Origin: Octopus vulgaris | Taxonomy: Eukaryota | Direction of reading: 5' to 3' | DNA length: 64,000 nt | Assembly: GCA_951406725.2 (NCBI GenBank) | Contig: OX597816.1 | Location: 56,234,001 to 56,298,000 of the forward strand | Part shown: in pieces, positions 13,552 to 25,214 of the stretch | Position numbering within the stretch: the stretch's first letter is position 1 | How the letters are laid out: each line of letters opens with the position of its first letter | Program-made: the position numbers and the translations under genes | Notes under the pieces: generated by a model | What the model was told of the DNA's origin: nothing | Databases searched by the model: none | What the model saw: the letters and a program-made list of their open reading frames with translations, nothing else

Positions 13552-14809
13552 TCAGGTCATCCCATAAGTTCTGTCCGAATTTTGAATAAAGAAAACAAGT
13601 GATCAAATGTAATATTTTATTGAAATTTAATCATCAATGTACTTTCTCTGATTATCTATGACTTCTTTCCATCTATTTACAAGCTTTTTAATCCCACCAC
13701 TGTAAAACTCTGAAGTCTGAAATGTCAGTTTCGACCTCCTCCTGGCTTGCGAAAGTTATGTCTCCCAAATGATTCTGTAAACTACGAAACAAATGGTAAT
13801 CTGAAGGATCAAGGTTGTGAGAATAAGGTGGATGATGAATTTTTCCAAACCAAGCTCTTCTGTGATGTGATCTTTGCAGTGTGGGGTCGCATATTGTCCT
13901 GATGAAACATCACCCCTTTTCGATTCACTAAAGCGTGTCTTTTTTCTTCAAAGCTTGGTTCAAACGCCCTAACTGCTGACAGTAGACTTAAGCATTGATT
14001 GTTGCATTAGGTGGTAAAAATTCAAAGTGAATTACTCCTTTGCAATCCCACCAGATAGAGAGAACCTTTTTCCCATGAAGTTCTCTTCTCGGTTGTGGTT
14101 GAGCTTTTCCCTTTAACCAAACCACTGTTTACGGCGTTTAACATTTTGATAGAAGATCCATTTTTCGTCACCAGTTACAAGTCTATCCAAAAAGGGTGAA
14201 ATGAGTTCCTGAGAATGGAGAGAAGAGCAGATGTCAACTCGGGATTTGCAGTTGCTTTCGGATAATACATGAGGCACCCATTTTTCAAGTTTAGGAACCT
14301 TTCCAAGTTGTTGAAGATGACGATGAACAGTTGTATGGTTTGTACTAAGATTTACTGCCAATTCTTCAACTGATAATGCAGCATTTTCTTCAAGTAATGC
14401 CTCAAGGAGCTTATTATCAAACCCAACTGGATGTCCTGTTCGATCTTCATCTTTAAGTTTGAAATCTCTACTTCTGAATTTTGCAAACCATCTTCTGCAT
14501 GCTCTTTCATTCAAGCATTCCTTTCCATAAACTGATTGTATGTTTCGAGTCACTTCGGCTGCAGAGTTTCCTTTTTTGTACTCATAAAGCATTATGTGCC
14601 TCAAATGCTCTTCGGATACTTCTATGTTAGAAAAGGTTTTAATCACAGAAATTTTAAATCTATTATTCTATACAATGATATTTAATTAGTTTAAATGTAC
14701 ACAAATGCATAAAAATAATTTTTAATTCCATTAGATATTCTAAAATACTATAAAATTTCATTCAGTTATAAAAATGGTAAAATCGGACAGAACTTATGGG
14801 ATGACCTGA
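13552..14809 (-). mobile_element. Full-length mariner (Tc1/mariner, D,D34D) transposon, ~1.26 kb
   Basis: Matching ~27-bp TIRs TCAGGTCATCCCATAAGTTCTGTCCGA / TCGGACAGAACTTATGGGATGACCTGA; left TA, right TT; inserted within an old SINE B. Confidence 0.95.
13627..14646 (-). pseudogene. Mariner transposase pseudogene (Hsmar1/cecropia-like)
   Basis: HTH region, WVPHVL, TGDEKW, HQDNMRPHT, HPPYSHNLDPSDYHLF; stop and frameshifts after 14113. Confidence 0.9.
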
Positions 14810-15099
14810 TTGTTTAACCTAAGTATTGATCTAACTTTAAATTTCAACCTCCTACAGATCATTAAAATTACCAATGCTAATCGAATTGGGATTAAAAGCA
14901 TTGCGATCGATCTAATCAACTATAAACCAGGAGAGATGGGCCCTACGGTGATCTGACATCTTCAACTTTGATCTGGTAATTCTTGCAACCCTGCCAAGCT
15001 GTATTGGTCTTAGTTCTACCACTTGGACAAACCGTTGTCGTGGAGAGGAGAAAATTGAATATGTCGGTAGACGCTAGTCTACCAAACATTAACTAGAGG

Positions 15100-15720
15100 A
15101 GTGCCGAAGGGACAACACCCCACTGCCGTTTCCTTTCAATATACCAACACACAGACAGACGGAAGCAAATCCATGAAGTCATCAGATATACAGACGCTAA
15201 AACAAAACAGTTTTTTTTCAGGGTTACATTTAACAAACTTTGGAAGTGTGAGGGAAATGTCGTTGTTATTTCTTCAGGGTTAAGTGACCACGAGTATGTT
15301 CCCTCGTTATTTGTTATTTGCAAGAGTTTAAACATCAATTAGATTACTCGTTAAGTTATATTCCACAGATTAACCTACCACGAGGTCAGTTAGTACAAGA
15401 ATCATTGCTGATGGCATTGACAGATGTAACTGCGACCGGAAACCAAGCATGTAATACTCTCAAGCGGCACAAATTACTGCATTTATTGATGCCTAGGACT
15501 CTTCTTGTGATAGAATATGAAGAAACTTGACAGAATCGTAAGAAATGGAGAGCAGCGATGTGAAGAATTGTGGTAGAATTCCCTATGATCTCTGGAAGCG
15601 GCCATTTTGGCATAATCATGTAAACGAAGAACATTAATCATGGCAATAATTCTGAGATAGTTTTATTGGGAAAACAGAATCGAAACTGAAACTATATTTC
15701 TGTGAATTCTAATTGGGTAA
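15100..15720 (+). pseudogene. hAT (Spin/GTF2IRD2-like) transposase fossil
   Basis: TDGSKSM (TDGAPSM-like), CKSLN, LKR and WENRI remnants in the expected order. Confidence 0.4.
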
Positions 15721-16126
15721 CAACAAAATTATCAATTTAATATCATAAAACTTGACAAAGAAATTAACGTTTCGGGTTGTTTTTTTTTTCCTTTTTTTTT
15801 TTTCTTTTTGTCTCTCATATTTCAAAGAAAAAGAGAGCGCAACCGTTGTAAAGTATAAAAGAAGATAAACCAATATAAGAATATATACTAATAGAATATA
15901 CGCATGTTCTTGGAGATTGGAATACGGATATAATTGTAAGTTATTCCCTCAAGAATTATAAAATATTCAGAGCGAAAAATATGGTAAATATTAACGGATT
16001 AGATATGTATGCGTATATACACGCATATAGCACACGCACGCACGCAAAAACACACACACACAAAAGGGGAAAGACAGACAGAGAGGGAGATAGATAGATA
16101 ATGTATGTATAAGTGTGTATATACAT

Positions 16127-16162
<36 letters not shown>

Positions 16163-16502
16163 TCACGTATATTATATGAGTGTATAAATATGTGGGTATA
16201 TATATATATATGTGTATGTTTTACAGTTTACAACTGTAGTGACATGGCCATCACTTTAAAATGTAACTGGAAGTAAGACGGGGTGATCCCGTTAGAAATA
16301 ATATTGATCACAGATCTAGCTTTGGTCACGACTGGAATGCTTTTAATTAGTATTGAACTGGGGTTAAAGTGCAACAACAACAACAACAACAGTGAACATT
16401 TTTCGGTACTGGTAGACGACATGATACACCCACACTAACTTCCTTCATTACATAGATAAAGCGGCTAGGCTGAAAATGGTGAATGATGTGATTTCTTCAT
16501 AC

Positions 16503-16916
16503 CTATTTCTTTATTACCCACAAGGGGCTAAACATAGAGAGGACAAACAAGGACAGACAAAGGTATTAAGTCGATTACATGGACCCCAGTGCGTAACTGG
16601 TACTTAATTTAAAGACCCCGAAAGGATGAAAGGCAAAGTCGACCTCGGCGGAATTCGAACTCGACGTAACGGCAGACGAAATACCTATTTCTTTACTACC
16701 CACAAGGGGCTAAACACAGAGAGGACAAACAAGGACAGACAAACTGATTAAGTCGATTATATCGACCCCAATGCATAACTGGTACTTAATTTATCGACCC
16801 CGAAAGGATGAAAGGCAAAGTCGACCTCGGCGGGATTTGAACTCAGAACGTAGCGGCAGATGAAATACCGCTAAGCATTTCGCCCAGCGTGCTAACGTTT
16901 CTGCCAGCTCGCCGCT
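16503..16916 (-). mobile_element. SINE family B tandem dimer
   Basis: Two consecutive copies; one lacks its 5' head; junction gacgaaatacctatttc. Confidence 0.9.
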
Positions 16917-17514
16917 TTTTTGATTTTGTGATTTCTTCATACCGACACTCGGGAGACCAATACCGAACGAACACGAGAACAGGAACAACGGCAGCCAACA
17001 CATAAGGCCTTAATTTCATAGAAGAAAAAAGTTCAAAAAGGTCCTATCCTCCTCCTTTCGACGCAGAATGTCGTCTGTTAGAAGAGATGACGGCGTTATT
17101 TCCGAACGCGTTGAGCAAATCAAATACCGGATCCTTCCTTGCGCTCGTTCGCTAGGGTACAGAACATCATTTTATCTTACATAGCATCTATTTATAAAAA
17201 TAATAGAGAAATATACTTCACGGAGCACGAGATTACAGTACGTTTGGCAAATCACTCTGTTTGCCTATCTTTCTTTCTTTCTCTATATTCAAATTTATAT
17301 GTGTGTGTGAGTATATATACATACACACACAGAGATACAATATATAAATATATATCATATGCGCTCATGCACACAAGTAAATATGTGTGTGTGTGTGTGT
17401 GTGTGTGTTGTTTTTGCTTTTGTTGTTGCTGTTGCAATGCGTGTGTGTGTGTCAGTGTCTCCATCCTTCTGAATGATTCTATCTTCAGAGACATAAATCT
17501 TACACAATGGCTTA

Positions 17515-17560
<46 letters not shown>

Positions 17561-17913
17561 AGAAAGCAGGGATTATGTTGTGTGTAATCCCAGGCGTGGG
17601 AGGGCGCTAGTAGAGTGTGTGTGTATGCATGCATGCGATATCTGTGTGTGCGTATGTATTGTGATTATGTGTGTGCGTGTATGTGTGTGTTTAAGTGAGT
17701 ACGTGAGAGTATATGTGCATGTAGAGGTGTGTATGTGTGTTTGTATGTGTGTGTGTGTGTGTGCGTGCGTGTGTGGGTGTGTGTGTTGAACTAAACTACA
17801 ACTAAACGCTCTGAACTTAATCAGGTGTCACGCTAATCCAATGACAAGCAGATCAAAAGCAAAAATTCAGCTTAAAATACATCGGATTGTGTTAACACGT
17901 ACAGTCAGACATG

Positions 17914-17955
<42 letters not shown>

Positions 17956-18070
17956 CATATATATATACACACACACACATACACATGCGCACAAATTGTA
18001 CAATAAAACGGATGCATACAAGTTTACAGACGCCGACACACACATACACTCATATGAATGTATGTGCATA

Positions 18071-18110
<40 letters not shown>

Positions 18111-18355
18111 CATACACACACACACATATATATATATGTATACATACACACACAGGCACACACACATATATATCTTTATATATATATCTGTATCTAAATA
18201 TATACACACACACACAGACAAACAGATAAGTAAATAGATAGTTAGACAGATGTAGAGTAAAATTGGTAGATATATAACGTGTATGTGTACATACATATTA
18301 GTGTGTATGCATGCATATATCTATCTATCTATCTATCTATCTATATATCTATCTA

Positions 18356-18423
<68 letters not shown>

Positions 18424-18436
18424 TGTATGTATGTAT

Positions 18437-19188
18437 TACGAGCAAAACGTTCCCCGTCCAATGGACGGTGCTGAGTTGTCAAACATTTAAACTAGATTAA
18501 GAAGCAAGCAAATAGACTTTTGTTTCTAAAATTCAAGTATTTTGACTAAATTCAACTTGAAATAAAGCTCAAACAATCTTCATTCAATACAATAATGTTC
18601 TTCTTTCACTAAAAAAATACCCTTTTGTGTGTGTGTGGGGGGGGGGGGTTAAGCTGTAAGGCAACAAAAATCATTTATTAGCAAGAAAATAGTATTTTCT
18701 TCCTTGAATAAAAAGCAATCAGTGTTTTCTTTTCATTAAAAAATAATTAAGCATGCCTTTATTTCAATAAAATTTTTGATTTTGTTAAACGAAGTTAAGG
18801 CAAAAAAAAAAAAAATTCCTTGAGAAGCCAAATAGTCTTTCCTTCCTTCATGCCAAGTTTGAAGAAAATATCTCTTTTGCATCTTACTTTCTTGGTCTCT
18901 TAAATATGCTGCATTTTGTGGCATTATTTCAAGCCAACCGGCTTTCTTGGCGCAAACTACACAAGCATTTTTCTCGCGTGTGCGTAATATCGATCGCAGC
19001 AGCTGATATACTTGCGCGTACAAATGCACGTTCCCACGGCTTTATCGATCGCATTCTCACCTGGAATCAATTTTTGTAATTCCTTCAAGACTTATACATG
19101 CCCTGATACCGTCGGCATCTACATATCAAATTTGAGCGCAATCGGATGGAGGATGCCCGAGATCCTAGAAGACACACAGAACGGATTT

Positions 19189-19200
<12 letters not shown>
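18437..19200 (-). mobile_element. Non-autonomous Helitron-like element
   Basis: Minus-strand 3' end has hairpin CCGTCC-ATT-GGACGG, an 11-nt spacer and CTCG|T (CTRR-like); 5' end TATATAAAATCCGTTCTGTGTGTC..CCGATTGCGCTCAAATTTG resembles Lep1-type Helitrons. Confidence 0.65.
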
Positions 19201-19253
<53 letters not shown>

Positions 19254-19263
19254 TGTATGTATG

Positions 19264-19297
<34 letters not shown>

Positions 19298-19779
19298 TGT
19301 ATGTATGTATGTATTGGACTAATGGGTATACATCAATTAGTATGTTGTGATGTTGAGTAAAGCACTGACATGGTTGGGGCTAGATGGTGTCAATGGCATT
19401 TGGGATATATTTCAGTTGGATCTACTTCAGGAATTCTGCAGTGTTACCTGAGATAGTAATTGATTAAGTAAACGATCGTCTGCCAAAATAAAGACTAATA
19501 CCAAATCCATCAATGCTGTGTTCTACATAAATTCCTTATATGGAGCTATGACATCTCCTTTACCCCATTTCTATAATTAGAAAATCTTTATTGTCTCTTT
19601 TCATTTGTTCTCCCCTCTCAGAACCTTACAGTAGTCTGGAACAACTGAATCTTAGTCAGTCAGTTGATGGGCTCCACTACCTCAAATGTTCTTAAAATTT
19701 AAATCCACATCTTTGTCTATGTATCTACCTTCTCTATAATGTTGCCACTTGATATGAAAATTTTTGTATTAATGGAAAA

Positions 19780-20006
19780 CCTCTATAATTGGCTGATGAG
19801 TGCTCAGCATTTTAAAACTGTTGTAATACTTACAACATTTAATAAAATGACGTTGTACGAAACGATCGTACCAAATTACCGGAGTCATTCTTGTTGCTTA
19901 TTTTGATTATAATCACCCCACGGATTTTTATGGACAACACCACAAAGAATTCTGGTGCATCTAAATTAAGTACCATATTCATTTGAATCTAAATTTTTGG
20001 TGAACT
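19780..20006 (+). mobile_element. PLE-like HHR terminal element, family P3
   Basis: HHR followed by a tail (gttgcttattttgatt..tggtgc..ttaagtacc..tgaatctaa) homologous to 31461-31573; abuts (TA)n; 5' limit uncertain. Confidence 0.75.
19787..19877 (+). ncRNA. Type-I hammerhead ribozyme with intact core
   Basis: TTGG-CTGATGA-GTGC(long hairpin)GTAC-GAAA-CGATCG-TA^CCAA; helix I TTGG/CCAA; palindromic helix III ACGATCGT; predicted cleavage after 19870. Confidence 0.85.
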
Positions 20007-20037
20007 TATATATATATATATATATATATAACTTATA

Positions 20038-20110
20038 TAACTTAGAATAACTTAGAAAGGTTTTGGCCAGTATTGGCCCAGGCCATGTCTAACTTAATAG
20101 CACCACCTGG

Positions 20111-20111
<1 letters not shown>
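20038..20111 (-). mobile_element. Extreme 3' tip of the CR1-group LINE inside (TA)n
   Basis: Nearly identical to 23477-23550. Confidence 0.93.
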
Positions 20112-20156
<45 letters not shown>

Positions 20157-20160
<4 letters not shown>

Positions 20161-20449
20161 CATAGGGACTAAAGCCATCTGAATATGGCTAGGGACAGGG
20201 CAGGGTGGTGGGGGTGTTACTGTTGCATTTAGCCCAGGCGAACATCGACGTCACCAGAAGCTCGACACCGTCACGGTGCCCAGGGCACCGTGACGGTGTC
20301 GAGCCTTCTGGTGACGTCGATGTCGCCTGGGCTAAATGCAACAGTAACACCCCACCACCCTGCCCTGTCCCTAGCCATATTCAGATGGCTTTAGTCCCTT
20401 ATGTTATCGAGCAGTTACTGTCTATATCCCTTTTAGAGAATTATTATTG

Positions 20450-20450
<1 letters not shown>
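20157..20450. mobile_element. Foldback element: ~125-bp arms, 1-nt loop at 20282, ~43-bp unique right tail, inside (TA)n
   Basis: 20157-20281 is the reverse complement of 20283-20407 except for homopolymer-length differences. Confidence 0.9.
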
Positions 20451-20535
<85 letters not shown>

Positions 20536-20538
<3 letters not shown>

Positions 20539-20995
20539 CACAGGCGTGGCTGGCTGTGTGGTAAGAGGTTTGTTTCCCAACCACATGGTTCCGGGTTCAG
20601 TTTCACTGTGTGGCAAGTTAGCAAGTGTCTTCTACTATAACCTCGGGGTGACCTAAACCTTGTAAGTAGATTTGGTAAACGGAAACTGAAAGAAGCCCGT
20701 CGTTTATATATGTATATGGGTATGGGTATGTGTCTTTGTGTCTGTGTTTGTCCCTACACCACCACTTTACAACCGATGTTGGCGTGTTTACGTTCCCGCA
20801 ACGGTTCAACAAACGGTACCGATAGAATAAGTACTAAGCTTTAAGACAATTAAGTCCTGAGACCAATTTTTTCGACTAAAACCCTCGAAGGCAGACGAAG
20901 GGAGGCTGTAGTAGAAGAGCCTTGCCGAAGGTGCCATGAAATGGGACAGAACCCGGAACCATGTGGTTAGGAGGCAAGCTTCTTACAACACAGTT
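20536..20995 (+). mobile_element. SINE family A copy followed by an inverted head fragment (20896-20995, minus)
   Basis: Homology to family A. Confidence 0.85.
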
Positions 20996-21689
20996 TTATA
21001 ACGTTGGCGTAATTCATTTTGTTTTCTCACGTATATTGTTTTTGATAATGGGATCGTCAATTCTACAGCTGGCATGCATTGGATTCCCATAACACGGCAA
21101 GTGTTGTAGCGCCTTATGTAGACATTGTGCTTTATTACAACATGTAATATTCTGTTCTATGGCTTGATCTATTAATTTATTGAAACAACTGCTGTTGATG
21201 GGAGGATCTCTTTATATTTTTTCTGCTTTATTTGCGGAGGATAAATGATCCGCTATCTCCTCATTTCATTTTTGCCATTTTGTGTCTCTGTGAATATTCG
21301 CTATCTCCAGCGAATATGCATGCATATATTAGTATCGTTGACGTAAGAGGACGTCATGTGTCTGTTATTTTCTGTTTGGATATTTACTTCTCAAGATGGC
21401 GCTTGTTACGAACGTTGAATTTACTACAGATATGTCAAGCTTTTATTACTTGTCTTACTTCTTTTAGCCAGTAGACTGCGGCCATGCAGACATTTGCTCG
21501 AGGGGAAATGTGGTTGAAAAGGAAACTTCTTACCTAACGGCCCTAGATTTCTCTAAATTATATTTTAAGCAAATCATTGAAGCATGGAGCGAATGAAGGA
21601 CCCACGATTGAGCAGCCCTGAATGGCCCCTAGAACAACGAACGATAAATTTTACTGGATGCTTGGTCGAAATATTCTACTTTCTCCCAT

Positions 21690-21725
<36 letters not shown>

Positions 21726-21823
21726 GCGCACATACATACTCTCTCTCTCTCTCTCTCTCTTTAAATATAGATAGACATAGCGATAAATAGACAGACAGTC
21801 AGACAGACAAGGTGACAGGTAGA

Positions 21824-22835
21824 CAGATGTACATTATGGTATATCTTTCTCGTCTACGCTCTAAAGAATAGAGTCTCCATCTCTTCAGTCTTTCCCAGAA
21901 ACCTGAAGATGCTATGCACTTGCAATGAGAGTTGGATGAAATATACAAGTGGGCTGAAGAGAATAGCATGCAGTTTAATGCTGACAGTCTCAAGCCTTAT
22001 GTTCAGCATGCAAAATTAAATGCAATACAAAATTAAACTGGACCTGGAGGGATGGCAATCCCAGAGACACGGTCAGTGCGAGACCTGGGTATTTACATGA
22101 GTAATGATGCATCCTTCCATGCGCATATTGCTAAGCTGGCAATAAAATACAGGCGGCTGACCGGATAGATTCTAAGAATATTTAGAACGAGAGATCAGGA
22201 CACTATGATGGTCCTCTGGAGGACATTTGCCCTAAGCCACTTTGTCTATTGCTCCTAGCTATAGTCACCAATCTGTTTAAAATTTATCGGAGAGCTGAAG
22301 TAATCCACGAAGCTACATGAAAAAGATAGCCTCTATGCAGCATATATGCTACTGGGAAAGACTTAAGAGATCGAGGCTCTATTCCTTAGAGCGTAGGCAA
22401 GAAAGATATGCCATAATATACATCTGGAAGATCCTAGAGGGACTTGTCCCAAAACTTTGGCATCGAGATTTACATTAATGCTATACCAGCGCGTCACTGC
22501 ATCGTGCCAAAGACCCCAACTTTGCCATCGAGATACAGGACAAGATATTGTAACAGCCTGGGCTTTAGGGGACCACACCTCTTCAATATCCTCTTGAAGG
22601 ACCTGAGAGGCCTACATGGGGTGGATGTGTCTTCAAAACGAAGCTAGACATCTAGCTGTCAAGTGTCCCAGACGAACCAACTTCACAGCAGGAAGTACAG
22701 ATGAGGGCAGCGGCATCAAACTCTCTCATGCGCCAAACGTCAATTTCTAAAAAGAATTACTGAAGCAAAATTATGTAGCAACACCAAATGGCTGTGCCTG
22801 AGCATAGCCAAAGCTCATGAGCTGAAACTAGATCT
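21824..22835 (+). mobile_element. Older CR1-group LINE 3' portion (RT C-terminus and 3' UTR) preceded by a short inverted segment at 21824-21900
   Basis: WAEENSMQFN, VRDLGI, YWERLKR.RLYSLERR.ERY, GPHLFN; multiple stops. Confidence 0.85.
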
Positions 22836-22840
22836 ATTCA

Positions 22841-22869
<29 letters not shown>

Positions 22870-22872
<3 letters not shown>

Positions 22873-23045
22873 TCTTTTCTATTCTAGGCGCAAGGCCCTA
22901 AATTTGGGGAGAGGGGGCCAGTTGAGTAGATCGACCCTAGTACGCAACTGGTACTTAATTTATCGACCTCGAAAGGATGAAAGGCAAAATCGATCTCGGC
23001 GGAATTTGAACTTAGAATGTAAAGACTGACGAAATACCGCTAAGA
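22870..23045 (-). mobile_element. SINE family B partial copy
   Basis: Core homology. Confidence 0.85.
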
Positions 23046-23047
23046 CG

Positions 23048-23240
23048 TTATAAAGTTCAAGACTTTGGAAAAAATTTCTTCAAGAAATCTCGGATAAACC
23101 TCCTACACCCGGAAATGTTTCTGTAAACAATAACTCCTCGAGTGGGCCATGTTGTCCGATTCTTGACTTAAATGACTTCTCCAGGCGGTGATATTGAGTT
23201 ATACATGGCTTGGGCCAATACTGCCCGAAACTTATCAAAG
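23048..23240 (+). mobile_element. Diverged 3' end of the CR1-group LINE
   Basis: KFLQEISDKPPTPGNVSVNNNS plus a UTR homologous to 23478-23690. Confidence 0.85.
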
Positions 23241-23242
23241 TA

Positions 23243-23322
<80 letters not shown>

Positions 23323-23404
23323 TATATGTGTGTGTGTGTACGTATATATATATAAACTTTATATATTATATATATAATGTCTATATATATATATTTATAT
23401 ATAA

Positions 23405-23477
<73 letters not shown>

Positions 23478-23478
<1 letters not shown>

Positions 23479-24898
23479 CTTAGAATAACTTAGAAAGGTT
23501 TTTGGCCAGTATTGGCCCAGGCCATGTCTAACTTAATAGCACCACCTGGCGAAGTCTTTCAGTTCAGGATTTGGGCACCAAGGCCCATTCGAGCAGAGAG
23601 TTATTGTTTGCGGAGACATATCCGGGTGTGGGTGGTTTGTCCAGTACTGTTTGAAGGAATTTGTCCAAAGACTTCTTGAATTTTGTGTGGTCAGTTTCTT
23701 TTTTGACGTGTCCTGGTGTAATGTTGAAGAGAGCGGGTCCAATTGAGGTGAAATAGTTGTGCCGTATTGTCGTTATGTGATGCGATTTAGATTTTTGTTG
23801 TGGACGGATGGCACGTGGTCCAAGCCTTGGATGCATTTTGAAGGTGATGCCAACATCATTCGGACAGTGCTGATGGAATATTTTCCACATCATACAGCTA
23901 ATGTAGCGTTCACGGCGTCGTTGGAGTGAATACAATTTCAGCTTCTCTAGTCTACCCCAGTAGTCAAGGTCTGACATGCCATCTATCTTTTTTGTGATTG
24001 ACCTTTGGGGAGCTTCAATTCTCATAATATTTTGTTTTGTGTAGGGAGACCACAGTGGACAGCAGTATTCAAGGTGGGGTCGGGCAAAAGTGGAGAAGAG
24101 AAGGATAATAGCGTGGGAATCTCTCGACTGGAAGGTTCTGAGAATCCAGGAACACATTCTGCGGGCCATGTCAACTTTGCTGCTTATATGTGTAGCCCAG
24201 CTTATGTTGTTGTCCACTGTTACTCCCAGGTCTCTGATGTTGTTGGATGCCATGAGAATTTCTCCAGAAGGAAGAGAGTATGGGAGTTTCAGAGCGTCCT
24301 CCCTTCCAAAGTGGATCAGTTCGAATTTGTCTTCATTTAGCAACATGTTATTCTTTTCCGCCCATTGGACAACAGCCAGTAGGTCTGACTGAAGGTTTAT
24401 TCGGTCATCCACGCCATTGATGACCTTCTGGAGCTTGGAATCATCAGCGAAGGTTCTGATGTTACTGTGTTTGATGGTGTCAGTAATATCATTTATGTAG
24501 ATGATGAAGAGAAGTGGGCCCAACACAGTGCCTTGTGGGACACCACTGCTGACTTTGGCTGGGCTGGATTTGACTCCTTCGACTACAACATGTTGGGTTC
24601 TGTTAGACAGGAAGCACTTGATCCATTGCAGCAGCTTTCCAGTGACACCAATATTGGACAGCTTTCTCAGAAGGATCTTATGATCAACCCTGTCAAAGGC
24701 CTTGCTGAAATCAAGGTAGATGACATCAGTGTTGGAACCCTCTCCCAAGGCTCTCAAAATGTCATCAAAATGATGCAGTAGCTGCGTCAGGCAATCTCTC
24801 CCATTACGGAATCCATGCTGGTTGGGGTTCAGCATATTATGACTCTCAAGGAAGTGAGTCATACGCGATCTCAGCACCCTCTCAAATACCTCTCAAAT
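23478..24898 (-). mobile_element. Young 5'-truncated CR1-group LINE inserted in (TA)n
   Basis: Intact RT frame, short 3' UTR, tandem TTCTAAGTTA tail, (TA)n on both sides. Confidence 0.95.
23564..24877 (-). CDS. Non-LTR reverse transcriptase (ORF2 C-terminal ~437 aa, 5'-truncated)
   Basis: [52 protein letters not shown]; no stops. Confidence 0.95.
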   Translation of the reverse strand: MLRSRMTHFLESHNMLNPNQHGFRNGRDCLTQLLHHFDDILRALGEGSNTDVIYLDFSKAFDRVDHKILLRKLSNIGVTGKLLQWIKCFLSNRTQHVVVEGVKSSPAKVSSGVPQGTVLGPLLFIIYINDITDTIKHSNIRTFADDSKLQKVINGVDDRINLQSDLLAVVQWAEKNNMLLNEDKFELIHFGREDALKLPYSLPSGEILMASNNIRDLGVTVDNNISWATHISSKVDMARRMCSWILRTFQSRDSHAIILLFSTFARPHLEYCCPLWSPYTKQNIMRIEAPQRSITKKIDGMSDLDYWGRLEKLKLYSLQRRRERYISCMMWKIFHQHCPNDVGITFKMHPRLGPRAIRPQQKSKSHHITTIRHNYFTSIGPALFNITPGHVKKETDHTKFKKSLDKFLQTVLDKPPTPGYVSANNNSLLEWALVPKS

Positions 24899-25017
24899 AT
24901 ATATTTATATATATATATATATACATATATTTATGTATGTATATATATATATATATATATACAATATGTATATATATATACATATTGTATATATATATAT
25001 ACACATACATAAATATA

Positions 25018-25058
<41 letters not shown>

Positions 25059-25171
25059 ATATATATACATATATATATATATATTGTATATATATACATA
25101 TTGTATATATATATATATATATATTATATATATGTATACATATTGTATATATATACATACATAAATATATG

Positions 25172-25214
<43 letters not shown>

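Noticed and set aside
19430-19490. TAAACGATCGTC-TGC resembling a second HHR helix III
   Set aside because: No CUGANGA upstream and GAAA is absent
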